A stretch of DNA of 28,236 nucleotides from Myxococcota bacterium (lineage in GTDB: Bacteria > Myxococcota > XYA12-FULL-58-9 > JALHOP01). The DNA lies in assembly GCA_041288095.1 (NCBI GenBank), contig JBGGMJ010000096.1, positions 1 to 28,236 on the forward strand. The letters run 5' to 3'. A program made the translations under genes and the position numbers. The notes under the pieces are model-generated. The model saw nothing but the letters and a program-made list of their open reading frames with translations, was not told the origin of the DNA and ran no database searches. Numbering within the stretch: the stretch's first letter is position 1; each line of letters opens with the position of its first letter. Of this stretch, positions 1 to 8,499 are shown one piece after another.

Positions 1-60
1 CCGCCAGGTCACGATTCGAGCTCGAGCACGGCATTGCGAGCGGGCGAAGGCGGGGTGGGC

Positions 61-939
61 GTGACGAAAATCGCATCCAATGGCTCTTTCGACGCCCGGT
101 GGGACAACGGCGCCGGGTTGTTCGACTCATCACGGCAGGCAGACGGCATTATCGATGCGGCGGAGATCGAGGCTGCCGGCGGAGCGGCGCGGTTCGCGGG
201 TGAGGTGCGCTCCTTGCCCGCCGCCGACCAGCGTCGCGCGTTGCTCGCGGTACGAAGTCCCGAGGCTCGCGTCATGCTCGAACAGGGGCTGGCTCCCGGG
301 GTGAACGCCACTGATGCACGGCTCGCGGGTGAGGGCCGCCGCTTCGCTGTCGAGGTTCTCGGGCTGTCATTCGCGGAGACGGGGCGAGAAGTCGAGCCGA
401 CGCACATCGCGCGCTTGCCTGCCCGTGCCATTCCGATCTCCGGCGCCGAGCACCGGATCGAGCTGCTCCGTGCTCGCTCGAGTGCCGGACGTCCGATGAC
501 GATGGTCGAGCTCGGCCAATTTCTCGCCCAGCATCCGGACCGAGCTCCTCCGGTCGCCGCGGGCACTCTCGCTCGAGCCATCACCGATGACCCGGGTCGC
601 TATAACGGAGTGACCATGCGCGTTACGGGCGAGGCCGAAGAAATCGATCGCGTCGCATCGACGGGCTCGGCCTACGGCCCCAAGATGGACATGATGACGG
701 GCAAGATGGGGACCGGTTTGACGAGCACGTCGATCCTGGAAACCTACCATCGCTTCTTCACACCCGGGCAGCGTGACGCTCACTTCGTGGTTTACGACCG
801 CGTCGAGCAGACGTCGTTCGTAGCGGTCGGCAGGCTTGGAGTCGCGGGTGCCAGCGCGCGTTTGCCAAACGGCCAGTTCTCCATCAACGGCACCGTGCGG
901 GTGCGGCCCGACCGCCCGCCGCTGTTGATCCTGCGCTGA
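61..939 (+). CDS. Hypothetical protein (~292 aa if started at GTG 61; frame is open back to position 1, so it may be 5'-truncated)
   Basis: Long ORF (track 34..939) with host-like codon usage. Contains an EF-hand-like segment (DGIIDAAEI) and a C-terminal DDPGRYNGVTMRVTG segment reminiscent of OB-fold-like domains. Start is uncertain. Confidence 0.6.
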   Translation: MTKIASNGSFDARWDNGAGLFDSSRQADGIIDAAEIEAAGGAARFAGEVRSLPAADQRRALLAVRSPEARVMLEQGLAPGVNATDARLAGEGRRFAVEVLGLSFAETGREVEPTHIARLPARAIPISGAEHRIELLRARSSAGRPMTMVELGQFLAQHPDRAPPVAAGTLARAITDDPGRYNGVTMRVTGEAEEIDRVASTGSAYGPKMDMMTGKMGTGLTSTSILETYHRFFTPGQRDAHFVVYDRVEQTSFVAVGRLGVAGASARLPNGQFSINGTVRVRPDRPPLLILR

Positions 940-1023
940 TTTCGACGCGCCTCGGTCGCTCGCGATGACTCGGCACCGGAATTGTCGGACCTACGGCATA
1001 GGCTGACAGCGTGGGGTGTATCC

Positions 1024-2349
1024 ATGCTCGTCGCCGTTCTCATTGCTAGCGTCGTGACCTTGGCGGTCGTGGTCGCGGTATTGTTGCGGCAGGTTGCCTC
1101 GCATCAGGGCACGGCCGACCGGTTCGCGGTCATCGAGCGGGCCCAGGAGCGGCTCGAGCGGGGCTTGCGCGAAGATTTGGCTCGTGGACGCGACGATGCG
1201 TCGCGAACGTCGCAGCAGGTCCGTGAGGATGTGCGCGTGTCGCTGACGACCTTGGCCAATGGTTTGCAAACGCGCTTCGCGGAGGCGTCGCAGCACATCG
1301 TGCAGCTCACGTCACTCGTCGACGAGCGCATGCGCACCATGCAGGAAGACAACGGCCTGCGACTCGAGCAGATGCGCGCCACGGTCGACGAGAAGCTCCA
1401 AGGCACGCTCGAGAAGCGCTTGGGGGAGTCGTTCAAGCTGGTGAGCGAGCGGCTCGAGCAGGTGCACAAGGGCTTGGGCGAGATGCAGAACCTCGCCGCC
1501 GGTGTTGGCGACTTGCGTAAGGTCCTCACCAACGTGAAGACCCGCGGCACCTGGGGCGAAGTGCAGCTCGGGAATCTGCTCGAGCAGATCATGACGCCCG
1601 AGCAATACGGAACCAACGTCGCGACCGTGCCGGGGAGCCGCGAGCGCGTCGAGTTCGCCATCCGCATGCCCGGGCAAGACGACACGACCTGGTTGCCCAT
1701 CGACTCGAAGTTTCCGCAGGAGGACTACCAGCGACTCGTCGAAGCGTCGGAACGCGGTGACGCGGCGGGCGTCGAGCAGTCCACTAAAGCGCTCGAGGCG
1801 TGCGCCAAGCGCTGCGCGGCGGCGATCCGCGACAAATATGTGATGTCGCCGCACACCACCGACTTCGGTTTGATGTTCGTTCCCACCGAGGGACTCTACG
1901 CCGAGCTGGTGCGACGACCGGGCCTGGCCGACGTGCTCCAGCGTGACTACCGCGTGCTGCTCGTCGGGCCGATGACGCTCGCGGCGCTGCTCAACAGCTT
2001 GCAGATGGGCTTCCGAACGCTGGCGTTGCAGAAGCGGTCGAGCGAGGTGTGGACGGTGCTCGGCGCGGTGAAATCCGAGTTCGGTCGCTTCAGCGACGTC
2101 CTCACCAAGGTGCAAAAGAAGCTCACCGAAGCTTCCAACACCATCGACGACGCCGCGGTGCGCACCCGCGCCATGGAAAAGACGCTCAAGAACGTCGACC
2201 AGCTACCAGCGCGCGACGCGACCAGCATTCTCGGCCTGCCCGAGTTGCGTGAGCGCGAAGCGAAGGTCGCGTTCGTGCACGGCGCGCCCAATCAGCGGGT
2301 GAGCCAGCCACAGAGCAGCCAGACGCAATTGCGGCTCACCAGCGAGTAG
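1024..2349 (+). CDS. rmuC: DNA recombination protein RmuC
   Basis: N-terminal TM helix, coiled coil, and motifs TVDEKLQGTLEKRLGESFKLVSERLEQVHKGLGEMQ, NVKTRGTWGE, LPIDSKFP, MFVPTEGLYAE, LNSLQMGFRTLA. ATG at 1024 preferred over the track's TTG at 982. Confidence 0.95.
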   Translation: MLVAVLIASVVTLAVVVAVLLRQVASHQGTADRFAVIERAQERLERGLREDLARGRDDASRTSQQVREDVRVSLTTLANGLQTRFAEASQHIVQLTSLVDERMRTMQEDNGLRLEQMRATVDEKLQGTLEKRLGESFKLVSERLEQVHKGLGEMQNLAAGVGDLRKVLTNVKTRGTWGEVQLGNLLEQIMTPEQYGTNVATVPGSRERVEFAIRMPGQDDTTWLPIDSKFPQEDYQRLVEASERGDAAGVEQSTKALEACAKRCAAAIRDKYVMSPHTTDFGLMFVPTEGLYAELVRRPGLADVLQRDYRVLLVGPMTLAALLNSLQMGFRTLALQKRSSEVWTVLGAVKSEFGRFSDVLTKVQKKLTEASNTIDDAAVRTRAMEKTLKNVDQLPARDATSILGLPELREREAKVAFVHGAPNQRVSQPQSSQTQLRLTSE

Positions 2350-2397
2350 GCAATCCGCCATCGGTGATCGGGCTTCGCCAAATTCGCCGATCGCCCG
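2347..2397 (+). repeat. Degenerate heptamer run (TCG[G/C]NNN-like) left of the four-helix-bundle gene
   Basis: TAGGCAA TCCGCCA TCGGTGA TCGGGCT TCGCCAA (AT) TCGCCGA TCGCCCG. Same orientation as the array at 2908-2984, and GGCAATC (2349-2355) matches that array exactly. Confidence 0.45.
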
Positions 2398-2425
2398 GCG
2401 CCGCTCACGTAGCGACGCCGGGCGA
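2391..2425. terminator. GC-rich stem-loop between convergent rmuC and four-helix-bundle genes
   Basis: TCGCCCGGCG-C-CGCT-[CACGT]-AGCG-A-CGCCGGGCGA: 14 bp of pairing with one mismatch. There is no U-tract, so terminator function is uncertain. Confidence 0.45.
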
Positions 2426-2437
2426 GAGAGTAACCCG

Positions 2438-2761
2438 CTAGCGAAAGCGGCCGAGCATCGCGCAGACGTGATCGCATCGGTCGCGAAGCGCCGCTGCTAT
2501 TGTGGGCTCGACCAACCCGAGAGTGACCGCGACGTCTGCTACAGCGGTCACCTCATAGGCTGACCCGCGCGCGTGGTTGAAGAACCTTCGTCGGTCGCGT
2601 GTGCTGCGCTTGCCACAGCCCTCAGCGAAATTGAGAGTGATGCTCGCCGCCGCCCTGCGGACCTGGTCAGCAAGATACGCGGGTAACGCCTGCCCGAGCA
2701 CATCACTGGAGCGAATAACCTCGAGCGAGACCGAGTAAATGCGTGTGTCCAAAAACCTCAT
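2438..2761 (-). CDS. Four helix bundle protein (23S rRNA intervening-sequence protein / Avd-like superfamily), 107 aa
   Basis: Family motifs LADQVRRAAASITLNFAEGCGK and FFNHARGSAYE. GGGAGGT Shine-Dalgarno upstream of ATG 2761. Confidence 0.92.
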   Translation of the reverse strand: MRFLDTRIYSVSLEVIRSSDVLGQALPAYLADQVRRAAASITLNFAEGCGKRSTRDRRRFFNHARGSAYEVTAVADVAVTLGLVEPTIAAALRDRCDHVCAMLGRFR

Positions 2762-2770
2762 GCTTCGCCT

Positions 2771-2909
2771 ACCTCCCTCGCGGCCTCGGCGTGAGCCACG
2801 CACCCTGCGAGGGCGTCAGCCCGGGGCCTCACGCCGAGGTCGCGGCGGAGGTCGCCGCACGAGGCTTGCCGGACCGCCCCAGCGGTCCCGCCGAAGGCGC
2901 GCGCGAGTC
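2771..2909. promoter_or_regulatory. Structured non-coding region (multi-stem) upstream of the four-helix-bundle gene
   Basis: 25-nt arms 2771-2795 and 2828-2852 pair almost fully. Further stems: GGACCGC/GCGGTCC (2871-2888) and CGCC/GGCG (2889-2899), closed by GGCTTGC/GCGAGTC. Confidence 0.5.
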
Positions 2910-2984
2910 GGCGCTCGGCGCTCGGCAATCGGCAATCGGCAATCGGCCCTCGGCAATCGGCAATCGGGCCTCGGCAATCGCCCC
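2908..2984 (+). repeat. Tandem heptamer array, 11 units, consensus TCGGCAA
   Basis: TCGGCGC x2, TCGGCAA x3, TCGGCCC, TCGGCAA x2, TCGGGCC, TCGGCAA, TCGCCCC in unbroken 7-nt phase. Confidence 0.95.
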
Positions 2985-3060
2985 GCGGTGCCCCAATGTC
3001 ACCGAACACCCCCCGTCTCCCCGCCGATACGCATCCCGAATTCGAAGCTCGGAGTCTCTC

Positions 3061-3561
3061 GTGATCGCCTTGCGTAACTTGCCCGGTGCCAAGACAGCCG
3101 CCATGTACATGGGCAAAGCCGCCGCCGGAGCGACCGCGCGGGTCGCCGCCGCGAAGTCGGACACTGCCGCCAGCCTTGTCAGCGGCATTGGCAAGACCGC
3201 CGACTTCGTGAGCTCGGCCGCCGGCAGTACCCTCCAAGTCATCGAGCGCAGCGTCGAACAGGTCGCAATCCGAGCCGGCAAGGTCGGCGCCTACGGCTTT
3301 GGCGGCTTCGCCGCTCTGATTGCCGGGGCATCCTACGCCCTCGGGCACTACCCCGCGTTGCCCATGCTCGCCTTCACCGGCTTCTGCGCGGCTTCCGGCT
3401 ACATCGGCGGCTACTTCGGCACCAAGCTCATCGCCCTGCTGACCGTCACCGACAAGGTCGAAATCGTCAAAGGCGCGGCTGACGCCGTCAAAGACGTCTG
3501 CAAGCCCGGCGATGCCCCGGCCTCCGCTGCCGACAGCAAAAAAGAGCCTCCGGCGGCCTGA
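3061..3561 (+). CDS. Hypothetical membrane protein (~166 aa, two Gly/Ala-rich hydrophobic segments)
   Basis: GGAG 6 nt before GTG 3061. Host-like codon usage. Hydrophobic segments GAYGFGGFAALIAGASYAL and LPMLAFTGFCAASGYIGGYFG. The track's extension to 2743 runs through repeats and is probably not coding. Confidence 0.7.
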   Translation: MIALRNLPGAKTAAMYMGKAAAGATARVAAAKSDTAASLVSGIGKTADFVSSAAGSTLQVIERSVEQVAIRAGKVGAYGFGGFAALIAGASYALGHYPALPMLAFTGFCAASGYIGGYFGTKLIALLTVTDKVEIVKGAADAVKDVCKPGDAPASAADSKKEPPAA

Positions 3562-3597
3562 TATCCGCGGTTTGCGGGGGTACGATCTCACATCCCT

Positions 3598-3627
3598 TTG
3601 ACACTTCGCGGTGCGGGCCGTTACAAG
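3598..3627 (+). promoter_or_regulatory. Putative sigma70-type promoter of metK
   Basis: Perfect TTGACA at 3598-3603, followed 17-18 nt later by TTACAA/TACAAG. Confidence 0.45.
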
Positions 3628-3654
3628 CCGGCCACCCCTGGAGAATCAAAGCAG

Positions 3655-4840
<1,186 letters not shown>

Positions 4841-4860
<20 letters not shown>

Positions 4861-5413
4861 TCTAGAGCACGTCTCGGCGGTCATCTCGGAGTACGCCCCG
4901 GCGAAGCTGCCTGTCTCCACATGGCGACAGGCGGCGGTGCTCGTTCCGCTACGGCGGATGGGCGAGTCCAAGCAGCTCGAGGTCATCTTCACGCGGCGAG
5001 CCGAGACGCTCACGACGCACAGCGGGCAGGTGTCGTTCCCCGGCGGCGGTGTCGATCCGATCGACGGCAGCCCCGAGGTGGCGGCCCTGCGGGAGGCGCA
5101 CGAGGAGCTGGCCCTGCCGCCCGACGCTGTGCAGGTCATCGGCACCCTCGACCACGTCTTGTCGCACACCGGCTTTCACATCACGCCGGTCGTCGGTATC
5201 GTCGATGCGCGAGCTTCCTTGGTCCCCAACGCCGACGAAGTCGCTCGCGTCTTCGCGGTGCCGCTCGCCGAGCTCGTCGACCGGCCCCGCTGGAAGATCC
5301 AGATGCACGAGCGCGCCGGCAAGTCCTACGAGCTGCCTCACTTTCACGCCGACGGCGAGGACATCTGGGGTCTCACCGCCTTCATGTTGCTGCGCTTGGT
5401 GGAGCTGCTGTAA
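4841..5413 (+). CDS. Nudix hydrolase, CoA pyrophosphatase (NudL/Pcd1-like) subfamily
   Basis: [20 protein letters not shown]oAse motif before the Nudix box [13 protein letters not shown]-terminal IWGLTA. Confidence 0.92.
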
Positions 5414-5424
5414 AGGCCTTGGCC

Positions 5425-6483
5425 GTGAACGTCCACATCGTCGTCATGGCCGGCGGCTCTGGAACGCGCTTCTGGCCGGTGTCGCGCAATCATCAGCCGA
5501 AGCAGCTCCTGCGCTTCGGCAACAAGAAGAGCCTTCTCGCGCAGACCTTCGACCGCGTGCGTTCGCTCGCCAAGCCGAAGCAATGGTGGATGGTCGTCGG
5601 CGAGAGCCATGCCAAGGCTTGCGCCGCGGCGGTGCCAACCCTCCCATCCGCCCACGTGCTGGTCGAGCCGCAGGCCAAGAACACCGCGGCCGCGATAGCG
5701 TACGCAGCGCTCGCCGTCCGCCGTAGCGACCCAGACGCCATCATGGTGGTGCTCCCGGCCGATCACTTCGTACGCAACGGCGCCGCCTTGTGCGCCGCCC
5801 TGAAGAAGGCGGTGCGCTTGGCGCGCGAGGACCGCATCGTCACGCTGGGCATCGAGCCCACCTATCCCGAGACCGGCTACGGCTATATCGAGCGCGGCAA
5901 GGCGACGCGTGGCGCGCCGGGCACCTTCGCGGTGAAACGCTTCATCGAGAAGCCCACCAAGGAGCGCGCCATCGAGCTGGTCACCAAGGGCGGATTCGAC
6001 TGGAACGCCGGGATGTTCGTGATGAAGCCGTCGGTGGTGGAAGCGGAGATCGAGCGCTCGCTCCCGGACCTCCACGTCGCCATGCGGCGCATCGAGGCGG
6101 GAAACCTTACGCCCAAGGTCGTCAAGCGTGAGTACGCCACCATGCGTTCGGTCTCCATCGACCACGGCGTCATGGAAAAAGCCAAGGACCTCGCCGTGGT
6201 GCCGGTGAGCTGTGGCTGGAGCGACATTGGCAGCTGGAATGCCACCGGCTCCGTCATCGACCCGGACGGCGCTGGAAACGTCACGCGCGGCCAGGCCATC
6301 CTGGTCGACACCACCAACAGCGTGGTTTACGCCGAGGACGGAGTCGCCGGCGTGGTAGGCGTCGACGGTCTGGTGGTGGTGCGCACCAAAGACGCTACCC
6401 TGGTGGTCCCGAGCAATCGTGCCCAAGATGTGCGCGCCATCGTCGAACAACTGAAGGAGCGGGGATGGGACGAGTATCTCTGA
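5425..6483 (+). CDS. manC: Mannose-1-phosphate guanylyltransferase (monofunctional, no PMI cupin domain)
   Basis: VMAGGSGTRFWPVSR..PKQ, EPQAKNTAAAIA, VLPADH, ETGYGYIE, WNAGMF, SIDHGVME, GWSDIGSW. Start placed at GTG 5425. Confidence 0.95.
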   Translation: MNVHIVVMAGGSGTRFWPVSRNHQPKQLLRFGNKKSLLAQTFDRVRSLAKPKQWWMVVGESHAKACAAAVPTLPSAHVLVEPQAKNTAAAIAYAALAVRRSDPDAIMVVLPADHFVRNGAALCAALKKAVRLAREDRIVTLGIEPTYPETGYGYIERGKATRGAPGTFAVKRFIEKPTKERAIELVTKGGFDWNAGMFVMKPSVVEAEIERSLPDLHVAMRRIEAGNLTPKVVKREYATMRSVSIDHGVMEKAKDLAVVPVSCGWSDIGSWNATGSVIDPDGAGNVTRGQAILVDTTNSVVYAEDGVAGVVGVDGLVVVRTKDATLVVPSNRAQDVRAIVEQLKERGWDEYL

Positions 6484-6872
6484 AAAGCGTACTGGCCGCG
6501 CTCGCCGCCATGGCGGTTCTCGCTGGCGCGCCCTTGGTGTCCGCCGCGCCCGAGAAGGCCAAGGCGCCCGCGAAGGCGAAGCCCAACAAGAAGAAGGAGA
6601 CCCGCGAGGGCTCCCTCATCGTCAACAACACGCCGATGCCCCAGCCACCCGATCTGCGCGGCACTTACGAGAAGGCCCGCGACGACGAGCTCATGGTCCA
6701 CTACCAGCGCTTGGCGCGGCTCGACTACATCGCCGAGCTCGCCACCGCGCAGAACGACAACCGCCTGCTCGAGCGTGTCGAGAACGTCCGCCGTCGTGAG
6801 ACCCAGCGGCATCGCGGGGCCATGACCGCGTTCAACGAACAGGCGCGCGCCCGTGCCATGGTGGGTTTCTGA
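6465..6872 (+). CDS. Hypothetical exported protein (135 aa)
   Basis: Signal peptide ending near VSA-A, Lys/Pro linker and charged helical C-terminus. Overlaps the manC end and the next start. Confidence 0.75.
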   Translation: MGRVSLKSVLAALAAMAVLAGAPLVSAAPEKAKAPAKAKPNKKKETREGSLIVNNTPMPQPPDLRGTYEKARDDELMVHYQRLARLDYIAELATAQNDNRLLERVENVRRRETQRHRGAMTAFNEQARARAMVGF

Positions 6873-7123
6873 TGCGCGCGTTCGCTATCGCGGTCGCTGT
6901 CGCGCTGTTCGCCACGGCCTGCGCCAAGAAGCAGGACTCGCCGAGCAACAAGCCGACCACGACCGGCCCGGTGACGGTGACGCAGCCCGAGCTCGAGCGT
7001 GACGTGCCCGAAATGGGCGCCACCTACCGAGAGGCCTACGAAGAGGCCAAGCGCGAGATCAACAAGGACAACGCCTTCGATAAGCTCGATGAGCTCGAGC
7101 ACGATGTGAACAAGGGAATGTGA
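6872..7123 (+). CDS. Small hypothetical lipoprotein (83 aa)
   Basis: Hydrophobic leader with lipobox-like ATAC. TGATG overlaps at both ends. Confidence 0.75.
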   Translation: MRAFAIAVAVALFATACAKKQDSPSNKPTTTGPVTVTQPELERDVPEMGATYREAYEEAKREINKDNAFDKLDELEHDVNKGM

Positions 7124-8499
7124 TGAAGATCGCCCAGGAGATTTTCCGAGAGTACGACATCCGCGGTATCTACGGCCGCGACCTCACGGCCGACGTCGCC
7201 CGCGCCCTCGGCAAGTCGGTCGGCACGCACATCAGGAACGCCGGCAAGAGCCGCGTCGTCGTGGGTCGCGACAACCGGGAGCACGGCAAGATCCTCGAGG
7301 ACGCTTTCGCGGAGGGCCTGGGCTCGACCGGCTGTACCGCGTTGCTCATCGGCGTCACACCTACCCCGGTGAACTACTGGGCCATCAAGCACCTCGAGGC
7401 CGACGGTGGCGTGCAGATCACCGGCAGCCACAACCCGCCCGAGTACAACGGCTTCAAGCTCACGCTGCTCGGCAAGTCACTCTACGGCGAGCAGATTCAG
7501 GAGCTGCGCCGCACCATCGAGAAAGACGCGTTCGCGACCGGCAAGGCTGGCTCGCAGCAATCGCCCGTGCTCGATGCTTACGTCGCTGACTGTGTGAAGC
7601 TCCTCAAGAAGCCGGCGAGGAAGCTCAAGGTCGTCCTCGACGGCGGTAACGGGGTCGGCGGCATCACTGCCATGCCGGTTCTGCAGCAGCTCGGCTACGA
7701 CATCGTGCCGCTCTTCATCGAGCCGGACTCGCGCTACCCCAATCACCATCCGGATCCGACCGTCGAGAAGAACCTCATCGACCTGAAGAAGAAGGTCGCA
7801 GAGACCAAGGCCGACATCGGCATCGCCTTCGACGGCGACGCGGATCGCATCGGCGTCGTCGACGCCAACGGCGACGCCATCTGGGGCGACCGCCTGATGA
7901 TTCTGCTATCGCGGGCGGTACTCGCCGAGTCACCTGGTGCGTCGATCATCGGCGAGGTGAAGTGCTCGAAGACGCTCTACGACGACATCGCCAAGCACGG
8001 CGGTAAGCCCATCATGTGGCGCACCGGCCACTCGCTCATCAAGGAGAAGATGAAGGAGTCGGGCGCCGAGCTGGCGGGCGAGATGAGCGGCCACATCTTC
8101 TTCAAGCACCGCTATTACGGATTCGACGACGCCTGTTACACGGCGGGCCGGCTCCTGGAGATCCTCTCCACCGGGCAAGGCTCGGTCGGCGAGCGCCTGA
8201 AGGACGTGCCGGTGATGCACGCGACGCCCGAGCTGCGCATGGACGTCACCGAGGCCACCAAGTTCCCGATCGTCAAGAAGGTCACCGAGGCTTTCAAGGC
8301 GCGCAACGACGGCTCGAAAGTGATCGACATAGACGGCGCTCGCGTCGAGTGGAACGACGGCTGGGGCTTGGTGCGCGCGAGCAACACGACGCCCATCCTG
8401 GTGATGCGTTTCGAGGCGCAATCGGCGGCGCGCGCCAAGGAGCTGCAGGCGTTGTTCGAGACGGAGATCGCGCGCGTGCGCAAGGAGCTCGGGGCGTGA
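7123..8499 (+). CDS. Phosphomannomutase/phosphoglucomutase (AlgC-like)
   Basis: IFREYDIRG, catalytic ITGSHNPPEYNGFK, metal loop FDGDADR, GEMSGH, LVRASNT. Confidence 0.97.
   Translation: MKIAQEIFREYDIRGIYGRDLTADVARALGKSVGTHIRNAGKSRVVVGRDNREHGKILEDAFAEGLGSTGCTALLIGVTPTPVNYWAIKHLEADGGVQITGSHNPPEYNGFKLTLLGKSLYGEQIQELRRTIEKDAFATGKAGSQQSPVLDAYVADCVKLLKKPARKLKVVLDGGNGVGGITAMPVLQQLGYDIVPLFIEPDSRYPNHHPDPTVEKNLIDLKKKVAETKADIGIAFDGDADRIGVVDANGDAIWGDRLMILLSRAVLAESPGASIIGEVKCSKTLYDDIAKHGGKPIMWRTGHSLIKEKMKESGAELAGEMSGHIFFKHRYYGFDDACYTAGRLLEILSTGQGSVGERLKDVPVMHATPELRMDVTEATKFPIVKKVTEAFKARNDGSKVIDIDGARVEWNDGWGLVRASNTTPILVMRFEAQSAARAKELQALFETEIARVRKELGA

Noticed and set aside
2771..2909. Hammerhead ribozyme
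   Set aside because: A three-way junction is present, but the CUGANGA and GAAA core motifs are absent on both strands.
2908..2984. CRISPR array
   Set aside because: Units are 7 nt and contiguous, with no spacers and no cas genes.
2438..2984. Diversity-generating retroelement or 23S rRNA intervening sequence
   Set aside because: No reverse transcriptase, no visible TR/VR pair and no rRNA sequence in the window.
3023..3030. Sigma28-like -10 element (GCCGATAC) upstream of the 3061 gene
   Set aside because: No matching -35 at the expected spacing; the short match is likely to occur by chance.
2743..3060. N-terminal extension of the 272-aa track ORF with SAIGNR repeats
   Set aside because: It is a translation of the 7-nt array and hairpins, and it overlaps the four-helix gene start. 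A better RBS and start lie at 3051-3063.
3562..3654. SAM riboswitch upstream of metK
   Set aside because: The putative promoter leaves only a ~20-nt leader, and I could not find SAM-I/II core motifs.
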